A stretch of 64,000 nt of DNA, taken from assembly GCA_010093815.1 (NCBI GenBank), contig ML996568.1, one strand, 5' to 3'. Below the pieces are notes generated by a model. That model worked only from the letters and a program-made list of their open reading frames with translations, was not told the origin of the DNA and did no database searches. This document shows, one piece after another, positions 24,735 through 34,665 of this stretch. How positions within the stretch are numbered: the first letter of the stretch is position 1; every line of letters starts with the position of its first letter. A program made the translations under genes and the position numbers. The DNA comes from Pseudovirgaria hyperparasitica. Lineage: Eukaryota.

Positions 24735-26160
24735 ATGGCTTCCATTCTTCGAAGCGCTCGTAATTTTCTAAGATCTCCAGCACCACCTTGGAATTTTCCA
24801 ACCACTGGCTTTCCGATTCTTGACAATGGCTTAGTGGTCGAGGAGGAGCGAGAGTCATTGTACTCCCCGACAACATTCTACCCGGCAAAGATTAGTGAGG
24901 TCTTGAACACAAGGTATCAGATCGTGGGTAAGTTGGGTTACGGAGGATATTCTACAGTATGGCTATGCCGCGACTTTGCGTGAGTCTCCATCCCAGCCTA
25001 TGTTGATTTTAGCTAACTTCAGTCAGGGACCATGACTATGTTGTCTTGAAACTTTGTCGCAGTGACGCGCCTAATATTAAGAGGGAAATTGATATATACC
25101 GGCGGCTTGACAGTGTCAGAGCGAAACATGCCGGTGCCACGCTAGTCCGAAGGATGCTCGACAACTTCGAGCTCCGAAAACATGGACACCACTTCCTGTG
25201 CATCATCCACAAGCCCTTGGGGATGAGTTTAGGCAAACTCAGAAGCAGGGTTTCAGGGATGAAGCTTCCAGAGAATATCTTAAAGCTCACACTAATACAT
25301 ATTCTCATTGGCTTGGAGTTCCTCCACACTCATGCCAAAATTATTCATTGCGGTAAGCGTAGTTTTCGTAAACGTAGCTCCTAACTAACTTCTAAAGACC
25401 TTCAGGAGAAAAATATTCTCCTTGGCATAGAAAATAAATCTATTCTCGATGAGTTTGCGAAACACGAGCTGGAATATCCAACGCCGCGAAAGATTGATGG
25501 TGCCCGCGTCGTGTACGAGTCAAGGGATCTCGACAATACCACAAATCCAGGGCGCCCTGTTCTTACGGATTTCGGAGAGGCTCGACTAATGGAAGATTCT
25601 CACACTGGCCTTATTCAACCAACTCAGTACAGAGCCCCAGAGGTTCTCCTTGGGCTGCCATGGGACCATAAGGTGGATATTTGGAATGTTGGAGCAATGG
25701 TCAGCGTTACTTCTTCTCTTACTCGGAACCCCTTGCTGATATGCGTAGATATGGGACTTATTCGAGGGCCGCAATATGTTCAATGCCAGAAATCCGAAAG
25801 GCGAAGTGTCGATAGAACACCAGTTGGCACACATTGTCGCGCTGCTTGGCCCTCCCCCAGTCGATCTGATCCGAAAGGCCGATATCGCACCGAAGTATTT
25901 TAACCTAGACGGTGAGCATCTCAGTTCTGTAGCACCCAATGGACTTGACTGACTCATTGGAAGGGTCTTGGAAGGGAACGGTGAAAATACCCGAGGACAG
26001 CCTTGAAGAATCCGAGCGCAATCTAGAAGGTGAGAATAAAGCCTTGTTCCTGGCTTTTCTGAGGAAGATGATGAAGTGGAGGCCGGATGAGAGGAGTAGA
26101 GCCCAGGAGCTACTGGCAGATACTTGGCTTCGGGACGGAGACCAGTTTGCAGATCAATAA
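24735..26160 (+). CDS. SRPK-like (CMGC group) Ser/Thr protein kinase of the expanded fungal type, 5 exons
   Basis: FYPA..LNTRYQIVGKLGYGGYSTVWLCRD, VVLK, IHCDLQEKNILL, LTDFGEAR, IQPTQYRAPEV, KVDIWNVG, LLGPPP, MMKWRPDER. Introns start at 24980, 25353, 25700 and 25912; the frame looks intact after splicing. Confidence 0.88.
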
Positions 26161-26456
26161 CTGCAACCAAGCTCAACTGAAGCGACTTACATCTCTATGG
26201 CATGGTATTGAAATTCTAGGCTAGTTATTCTGACGCTTCGTACGTAATTGTTTACAGAACTGATCGATTGAAACCCGCATCCTGACCGCCTTGAAATCTC
26301 CACGCGGCTTCGAGCTCTTCGATGCGCAGAGTTCTCGCTACGTGCTGTATCTCCTTAGTGATCTTCAGCTCGAGAGACCGGCTGCATTGGTGCTTTGTCC
26401 ATAGTTACATGAGAAAGCTTAGCAGCCGGTGCACGCATGTCTCGCGCGCATACAAA

Positions 26457-27009
26457 CCATAGTATAAATGATATTTTTACCCTTACCGCCGTATTATCCC
26501 TTTATAATATATAAAACTATAATATATAATAGAATAAAGCTAGTATAACTAATATATAGTACTATAGATCTTTAATATTCTCTCTATATTCTTATAGAGT
26601 ACTACTATTCTTTAATCTTATATTTCTTAACTAATTTAATCTTTTTCTTAGCTTTTCTAATACTAAACCCTTTTAATAGAATATAATAATAGTAAAGATA
26701 ACTATTTAGTACTAAAATAAGCTTAGACTACTACTCTTATATAATATATTATCTAAAATAGTCTAGTATTAAAGAGATTTTATATATCTATAACTCTATA
26801 TTATATAATTTAATTCTATTAATTATCTTTAATATTCTTATAAAAGCTTATATAATAAAAAGAGAAAAGATATAGAATTTCTATTAAGTTATTCTTATTA
26901 CTTAGATCTTATTTAGTACTAGATTAGTATATATAGTATATAGATAGATTAGATATATATATTAATTAATTTACTATATTAAATTTAATCTAAGTTCCCA
27001 TAGTATAAA
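26457..27009. repeat. RIPed ~530-bp insertion bounded by a 12-bp direct repeat
   Basis: CCATAGTATAAA at 26457-26468 and 26998-27009 brackets an AT-rich, TpA-saturated block. Confidence 0.6.
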
Positions 27010-27317
27010 ACCAGCTATATCACATGGTAGCGTGCTATTCGCTTGTGAAGTACGTTGTGTCTACTAATAGTAGTTACCTATTTATATTCTGATACTAATG
27101 GTCCGCGTCCCTTTGCGCCACTTATATTTCGTGGCTCCGCATTAGTACCACTGTGACCCTGGATAACGCCTAGGATCATTTTCGTAGACTCTCTGTAACG
27201 ACCATCGCCCGCATAACTGGGAACAATTCTCACAATCACTTGAATACACACTCCATTCTATCTTTCCACATACGCTCCTTCCTCCGAGAAAACGCCAGCC
27301 GTAATCAGATACTTCCA

Positions 27318-28244
27318 ATGGTGGTTCAACGGAAATGGGGCGATAACCACATTAACAAATCCTTCAAACAAATCGATCGCAGTACTTGGCTCATCGGTAA
27401 ATTCGTCTTGCACCGATCTCCTTCTCCTAGTGATACCGCGACCTGGAACGACGATAGCGACAATTCGAGCTACACCTTGACGCGTGCGTCCTTACCCCTC
27501 CCTGTCGCAGCACACGCCGATAGTCCCTATATTAAACTCATTCACGAAGCTGGTGATGCCTCTGCCGTCTGGTCGATAGGAGGCAACGCGATTTGCAAAG
27601 TTCGGTACACCGAGGAGGGTGTCACGCCTGAATCAGTGACTTTAAATTTTGTAAAGGATAGACAACCTAGTTTTGAGACACCAAGGGTATTGCATCATGC
27701 ATTTGATAAAGACAGATCTTACCTATTTATTCAAAGACTTCAAGGACGAACGCTAGATACGGCGTGGCCAACCCTGAATGATTACTGGAAAACCCACTAC
27801 ATGTCTGCAGTAGTCGATGCCTGTCTAGAAATGACACAATGGCGAAGTTCAGCTTTGGGTGGCGTAGATAATCAGTACATACCTGAGTACTTTCTTGCTG
27901 GGCCAAAAGACGACTTCAGCGTGCTTCATTCAGGATTTGAATCAATCGGTATGGACTGCTCAAGCTTCGTCTTTTATCACGCCGATCTTGGACCTACCAA
28001 TATCATTGTGGAACATGAGCCAAATACTGGAAGGATTGGCATCATTGACTTTGAAATTTCTGGCTATTTTCCCTTAGGTTGGATCAGAACCAAATTTCGA
28101 CTTTCTAGTGGAATGAATTTTTCTGCTATGGCATCGGATAATGCTATAGCTTGGAGGGCAGGAATCCAGAAAATGCTAGAAGCTAAGGGTTTCGAGGATT
28201 ATTCACAGGCTTGGATAAAATGGCGAGGATATACAGAATCTTAG
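27318..28244 (+). CDS. Aminoglycoside/choline phosphotransferase (APH)-like kinase-fold protein, intronless
   Basis: DASAVWSIGGNAICKV, TPESVTL, PRVLHH, LQGRTLDTAWP, Brenner motif FYHADLGPTNII, GIIDFEISGYFP; first ATG at 27318. Confidence 0.85.
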   Translation: MVVQRKWGDNHINKSFKQIDRSTWLIGKFVLHRSPSPSDTATWNDDSDNSSYTLTRASLPLPVAAHADSPYIKLIHEAGDASAVWSIGGNAICKVRYTEEGVTPESVTLNFVKDRQPSFETPRVLHHAFDKDRSYLFIQRLQGRTLDTAWPTLNDYWKTHYMSAVVDACLEMTQWRSSALGGVDNQYIPEYFLAGPKDDFSVLHSGFESIGMDCSSFVFYHADLGPTNIIVEHEPNTGRIGIIDFEISGYFPLGWIRTKFRLSSGMNFSAMASDNAIAWRAGIQKMLEAKGFEDYSQAWIKWRGYTES

Positions 28245-28450
28245 TAGTAGTAGCGATTAGAGATATGATTCTACTATTACGCTAAACGTCTACGTAACAA
28301 CCTTACAGCCAAGCTACTAGAGAGACCTATGTAACTAATCTTTCTGGATCTCTGAAAACAATCTAAGCCCGATATGCTGTCTGTTGTCCTTCGGCAAAGC
28401 TATTCATTGTTACTACTACAAGTCTCGCAGCAAGCCTGTTGATATTCACC

Positions 28451-28597
28451 TTAAGCGGTAGTCACGGGAAGAGCAGCTCCGCAAGTAGATCCATCCTGTA
28501 GAGGGCCTTCACATTTTTCCTTTCCCGTCATGTTATTGTATCCGCATTTTGGACAATTTGCAGAGTTGACAAGCTCTAAAGAGTTGATGGTAGCCAT
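28451..28597 (-). CDS. 48-aa Cys4 zinc-ribbon-like microprotein
   Basis: MATINSLELVNSAN-CPKC-GYNN..KEK-C-EGPLQDGST-C-GAALP; ACAATGG start context. Confidence 0.5.
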   Translation of the reverse strand: MATINSLELVNSANCPKCGYNNMTGKEKCEGPLQDGSTCGAALPVTTA

Positions 28598-30192
28598 TGT
28601 AGAAAGATGATACCTATGATAGGCAAAAGCGAAGGGAGGCAACGCGACGCGACGCGGTAATGAGGGTTTGGTAGTAAAACTTGGTACTTCAAGATCAAGA
28701 GATAGCTACCTACTTATATCTAGGCCAATGTTAAAAGGAAAGGTTCTCCTCCTGGGGCACTGTTATCCATTATCAGGGGCTAAGGACTAGTCGTTTAGAG
28801 ACCGGTCGGCATATAAATATGCGTTAGCACGCGAGGCAGATTTTCGAATCGTCGCGAGTGACCGGTCAGTTTTCGTTGTCCTTTCAATAGTTCTATCCAA
28901 GTCTGTGTGTCAGTCATTCCTCCTGGGTTGATTGTAGTTGCATGATGCTGCATGCTAGCCGTCCGGAATCTTCCAATAGCGACGTGGGTAGGCAGCATTC
29001 CCAAGCGCCGTGCTGGATCTTTCGTATAATGTAGGGCCTGCAGGAGAGTATGCGAAAGCCTAGCCATGCATGGCCAGGCGCATTCGCCTCTGCCAATGCC
29101 CAACTCTCCTTTCTACATAGGATCCGTTCAGCCGATCACATCCTAGGCCGGACCTCGAAGGTTAACTGACCCATAGTCTGGCACGGGCTGTGAGATTCTA
29201 ACTTAGTAGTGCGCATCGAGGCTTCTTTCGCTACCTTGTTTCCACGTCCTGGTACACCCGCCACTGTGCTTGAAATCCAGCGATATGGACGACATAGAAG
29301 CATTGCTGGCTGAAACCGAACGCGAACTCGGCGAAATTCACGAAACCCCGATCGCACCATTGAACGACCCTCGCGACGAGAAATCTTTTAAGGAGTACGT
29401 ACACGAACATACGACGCGGTTGTTTCGAAGGCCTTGGAGCAGACTTCACGGAAGTTCTTACACCTGTATACAGGGTCAACTCATGCTCACCGGAAGGAGA
29501 AACGTCGGGATGTAGTTCCGTCGAGCGCCTCGCTGCTGCCTAAACCACGACGTGAGCGGCGCATGATGCTTAACGAGCATCGTATAGATAGCTAGTGCCA
29601 TCAGAGTGGGATTTGATGGTGGAACAACCGCGTCATCCGCGCAAGCTGCATGGACACCAGACTCCTAGTACCCCTGTGATGGCTTATCGTTTGGCACTTC
29701 AACAGGCTGCTCATCCATGCCAACATGTCTAGACGCTCGATTAGACTAAGAACTTGGTGATAAGTCGTAGGGGCGATGCACCACTAGCATCCGCGTGGCA
29801 CAGTCACTGCCTAGAGACCATGACTAGGTAGCTGCACGTTCATGCGAGCATGCTATGCTGGAGCCTAGGTATACGGTTCGCCTCCGAAGTACGTGTGATA
29901 TTCTAGCCTTAACAAATCTTTCTCGGCTTTGCTCCTGTTGCTATTATTCCGTTATCTCCGTCGGTTGTGTAGGCCTTTAAAAGTAGTGTGCTCCACCCTC
30001 GAAGCAGTAGCTTCGAAATTAGGTCTTGTGCATTCATCTCAATTCTATATCAAAGCCAGGCGTCGGGCAGTCACCAACTAAATAATCGTTATTTCGACGC
30101 ACTTCCTTCGAATTTGTTACGGCGCTACATGTAAGAGCATCAAGTAAGTCATGCGCCTTCTCATAAATTAATGTTCCAAGAGTGCCGACCAG

Positions 30193-30378
30193 ATGTGTAC
30201 TTAGCAGCAAACTACATACGCCTGTGGGCACTTTCATTCCGCCATCCGAACCGCCACTTGCAACAACAACGGAACTGTTTGCGTCATGTCCACATCCACA
30301 GTGGGATGGTTAGCTGATATCACATTGACTACAACATGTGGTTGCGATCTGGCTTATGGAACACCAGAATCAATGTGA
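30193..30378 (+). pseudogene. Small Cys-rich MC-x-Y-x-CGH type ORF with an in-frame TAG at codon 4
   Basis: MCT*QQTTYACGHFHSAIRTATCNNNGTVC...TCGCDL..; preceded by a GTAAGT..CAG intron (30144-30192) ending immediately before the ATG. Confidence 0.6.
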
Positions 30379-30404
30379 TACAGATTGAGTCAGGGTTCGG
30401 CTAG

Positions 30405-30470
30405 TCAAGGCATCAAGACATCAAGGCATCAAGGCATCAAGGCATCAAGGCATCAAGGCATCAAGACATC
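30405..30470. repeat. 8-bp tandem repeat (CATCAAGG), ~8 copies
   Basis: Seen directly; two units carry G>A. Confidence 0.95.
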
Positions 30471-30671
30471 GTACCATTTGCGGGGAGGAATGAAGTGGAA
30501 AAAGGCAATGCATTCACTTGACCTTTTGGACTCCTTGTGTGGGAACTCTGGTTGAATTTGACGTGGCAAAATTGATTGACGTATTTACTTAGTCTATTTG
30601 CATACTATATATACCAGCCTAGTGCTGAATAAGATCTGAGTAATGGGGATGACCCATAGCAATCCCACATT

Positions 30672-31945
30672 GTGCGCTCTCTGGGGCAGAACGCCTACCA
30701 CTATAATTGCAACTGCAAATATATGCCACGAACTTTTCTAGTTGTCTGGAACTTGTTGTATGATCTATGGCTTGCCAAGCAACGTCACCTGATCTTGCCC
30801 GTCCATCCAAGTCAGAAACTGCAAGTGGCACCGATCTTCCTACTGAAACACATCAACGTCGACTTCGTTCGCGACGATGGACGGCAGGCTTATCGCTAGA
30901 CACGCATCATCTAGTCCGCAGTCATCTTGGCTAGTCTATACTTTATCGTCCCATACCCTCGTCCGTATCGGCCCAGACATAGCCGTGGCCATCCAGAGAG
31001 TCGTGGCTGCTCTCGAGACCGTCCTCCACCTGGGGCCACAAGTCCATCACTTTGCAACGACATACAGCCTGAGTCACATCACAATCATACTCAGAACCGA
31101 CATTCCGGACGGTGGTGCTGGGGTCGTTGACATTACTCTTTTACGTCTACGACTAGTCCGAGGTGATTTGGTAGCGACTGAGTTTCATGACAGTTCGCTG
31201 TGTCGGCGCATTGCGGATCAACTCCAGAGCATCCAGAAGTATCAACCAGGCATTGAGGTGCCCTTCCGCTGTGTCGAGGATTGGATGGGCTATGGAATCA
31301 TGCAACATCAAATCTACGACAAAATGCTCTTGGCCAGCAAAACCCCAGCGGCATGGAGCGAATTCAAAAAAGGGTTCGTTAAATTTGAGAATAAAAGAGT
31401 TTCTTTAAAGTAGCATCGCATTGTGAGGTATTGGCCTTATACTACTTGAATTTATTCCAAAACATTCCATAGCTGTTTCCCTATCTGCCGTTAGATCTTT
31501 GTCCATCCGCTTCTCAGCTGAGTTTTTACATGAAACCATAAACTACTTTTCATCGGTGGAGCTTATGTGATGCATCGTCGGAAAGTACATTAATTCGAGC
31601 GACGTCCTAATTGGTATAAGCATAATTTGGACTTGGAGTGCGTTACGAGGCGACATGAGAAGCGACGCCGATATCATCAAGTATCGAGATATGTTGACGA
31701 ACATTGGCAAATACGCTATTTCCAGTCGACTGGACGATATCAAGGAGGCGTTAAATGCTATCAGCGTCAAGAACGCTATGCTCCGCTCTTCTATCCAGAC
31801 AGATACCCCTTCTCTAGAAGCTGGTAATACGCCGTCAGCTTCAGTCAGCGAGACTTTGGGTCAGCCCATGCACGACCTAGCACCACCCGTGGATGTCTCT
31901 GACGTTGACTCTGAATCTAAGAAGAGACGTGTCGGAGAGTTATAG
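30672..31945 (+). pseudogene. Degenerate coding remnant(s) of unknown family
   Basis: Overlapping protein-like ORF pieces (30672, 30877, 31655) broken by TAG stops and frame changes; no clean splice model found. Confidence 0.3.
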
Positions 31946-32013
31946 AGCTAGCTCTAGTAACGAAAAGATTATTAGATATCTCAGTCGCTTCTATCTCTAT
32001 ACAATGTATACAA

Positions 32014-32916
32014 CTAAAACAACTCCTCGAGCGACTCCGGAACACCTAGCTCAAACCATCCTCTGGTTTGATTCTCACTTAATTCGATGTATCCTTTTAC
32101 CAAAGCCGCCGTTTCTTCGCTTCCGGCCAAGTCTGAAAATTTCTTCAAATCGTCCTCATACTCGGCCTCATGAGGATACAGCCTCGGAAGTGCTCTTTTT
32201 GCTCCCTCCAGCGCTCCTGCCGGTCTCAGTGCAATTTTTCTAGCAACCTCATCTACACCCATCCTCAATGTCTCCTTGGAGTCAAAGTACCCGTTCACCC
32301 AACCCAGATCCGCGGCTTTAGCTCCACCCACTGCCTCGTTAGTCAAAGCGTATTGCAATGCACGCGCACGGGATATCTGGCTTGGTAAAGCCTTCATACC
32401 ACCCCCGCCGGGGAACACTCCGACAGCTGTCTCCAACTGACTCAGCCGTGCGCCAGGGCCGGCGAAGCGCAGGTCTGTCTGCAACAGGATCTCGTCACCT
32501 ATTCCACTAGCGCGGCCATCGATCTCTGTGATGAATACAGTAGTCGTAGTGTTGCGAAGGAGCGCGGTAACCTGGGTGCAGGAGTCGAGGAAGGCAGTTT
32601 TGGCCGCTGTCTGAGGTGGGAGTATAGAAAGAAGATCAATATGGGGGATGAAGAAATCTGCGTCCGCAGACGCGAGGATGACGACTTTTGGAGGACTCAG
32701 AGGCATGGTATTCGAAGGTTGAATGGAGAGGAGGAATTCAAGGAGATCTGAGGCAAGATTGGCGTCGAAGACATTGATTGGCGGATTCGAGATTGTGACG
32801 CGTGTGATGTTGGGAGAATATGTGAACGTCAGGGTGCCACGAGCGCTTTTCTGAGAAACAATAGATGCACCGATTGCACCGAGCGAGGCAGCGAGGGAGA
32901 ATAAATGTTTCATCAT
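32014..32916 (-). CDS. Enoyl-CoA hydratase/isomerase (crotonase fold) with a predicted signal peptide
   Basis: RVTISNPPINVFD, VVILASADADFFIPHID, EIDGRASGIGDEI..DLRFA, LE..VGVFPGGGG, LGWVN; hydrophobic N-terminus MKHLFSLAASLGAIGASIV. Confidence 0.88.
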   Translation of the reverse strand: MMKHLFSLAASLGAIGASIVSQKSARGTLTFTYSPNITRVTISNPPINVFDANLASDLLEFLLSIQPSNTMPLSPPKVVILASADADFFIPHIDLLSILPPQTAAKTAFLDSCTQVTALLRNTTTTVFITEIDGRASGIGDEILLQTDLRFAGPGARLSQLETAVGVFPGGGGMKALPSQISRARALQYALTNEAVGGAKAADLGWVNGYFDSKETLRMGVDEVARKIALRPAGALEGAKRALPRLYPHEAEYEDDLKKFSDLAGSEETAALVKGYIELSENQTRGWFELGVPESLEELF

Positions 32917-33693
32917 GTCGAATCAATTGTAAAGATACCAAAGCTTGAATTGAGATATAGGAATGCTTGCTTCTCGTTTGATGGGCTCTAATGTCCGAGA
33001 TACTGCTTCCTTTTATATTCAAGTGTTCGACTTAAGATCAATATTCGTAATCAAGACCTAGATACTGTGAAACCCACGCAGAGTATGAAAAAGAAGCATG
33101 GAAGAGATGTTCACTAATTGCGAAAAGTTATCTATAATCATTTGTGCAACGCTAACTTAGTATAGTCTCTCAGGGAGCATGGATAGACTTCGTACTCGCC
33201 TTGGTGTGCGTAATTCATCATTTGAGGCCTGTCACGTTGACGACGATTACTTATGACCCACCCACTTGGTATGAAGGTAATCACTCGATCTCACTGAAAT
33301 GACACTCTTCGATGATGGATTCGACGTTCGTACAGGCAAGGGTCGTAGTAACTTCCAGCAGTCCTCCAAGGCCCCGGTCATGTACCTTCAACTACGTCTT
33401 CTAGCGCTGCCAACTGCCACGCTTCGAAGTTCGAGAGATGCAACTCCTCGTCGTCGCAGGATTCGAATGAATTCATTTACCTTGTTAGGTTCATTCGCAG
33501 GCCTTAGTTAATACTATGTAGAGGAAGATAGACAGCTGTTAATTCTTCAGCTGCCAAGGAAGCCGCGATCATGGTCGGCCTTCAATGGCAAGACTATATA
33601 ATTAGTATTTGCATAGCGAGACATTCTAATAAAACGGAAAGAATATACACATCTCGTCTAAGTTTTTGAGTTCTACTTAGGAAAGAACCAATA

Positions 33694-34250
33694 AAGATAA
33701 GTGCGAATTGGTACTATCTTACCCCATATACGTGCTGATAATAGGACGTAGGTTTAGTAATCCAGCTAGAAACAAATTTCGACCTGAGTTTTAGATGACA
33801 GATCCATGCTCTTTCATCACGCAGTACACAAAGCTACTCGCTAAGATTCAGGAAGTATATTATGTATCATGTTCATCCATATCATTTCGCTATACTCCTA
33901 CTTGCCTTTCGCAGTGTAGTACAACGCGCAGGATTAGACAAGTGCGAGGCCTTAGTCGGCCCTCTAGGCTTCGACCAAAAAGAGAACGGAGTAGACGGAG
34001 CAGATGTGGACACGGCTAAGGATAACGGGAGTGAGTAAGATATATACTGCTATTCAGGTATTTGAGACGTACTAGTGTCGTATAGCTGGGTGGCTGCCTC
34101 GTGTAGATAAGATCTTGTTGGGTTACTCGACGACAAAGCGATAGGAAGGAATTGATGTTCGGCAAAGGCCCCCTTCAGTAGATAATCCTGCGTCTAACTA
34201 AATCTTTAATCGGACCGTTTAAACACAACACCAATAAACAATTGCCAATT
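33694..34250 (+). promoter_or_regulatory. Candidate iron-regulatory motifs upstream of the siderophore transporter
   Basis: HGATAR sites at ~33694, 33737, 34105, 34139 and 34180; CCAAT-N12-ATT at 34231-34250 matches the CBC/HapX bipartite consensus CSAAT-N12-RWT. These motifs are short and could occur by chance. Confidence 0.35.
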
Positions 34251-34665
34251 ACCGCCAGTGAGCGGCATGCTCATACGCCACTACGTATAACATGATGAGA
34301 TCCGTAGTTATGATTAGCTCGGTACTGCGACCGACTCCTTTCGCTTCTATAGTTGTGTATCAGCCTTTACACAAGGTCTATTTACCACTCTTACTCCTCA
34401 CTGTCTCGGCAATGCCGATGCAGCAATAGGTATCATCTTTCTAGCAGTATTAAGTGCTATCACAGCCCCTTGCCAAAACTTTCTCGCTGGCCATCAGCTG
34501 TTTCGGTCCAGTGTTTGTTGACATACACCGTGTGTAACGAGCAGAATCTCAAGCAGGCTAAACAAAAAGCGACGAAATCACTACTCTTGACTTTGTACAT
34601 GTACGCGAATGTTAGTTTTCTAGCTGTCGCGAGTTCAAAGAGAGAGAGGCTATCAGGGATTCACA

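Noticed and set aside
25586..26176. 196-aa minus-strand ORF
   Set aside because: Antisense shadow of the kinase exons, with no motifs.
28795..29515. Short ORFs on both strands (e.g. MDDIEALLAETERELG..)
   Set aside because: No recognisable motif or splice support; a decayed gene cannot be excluded, but a call is unsupported.
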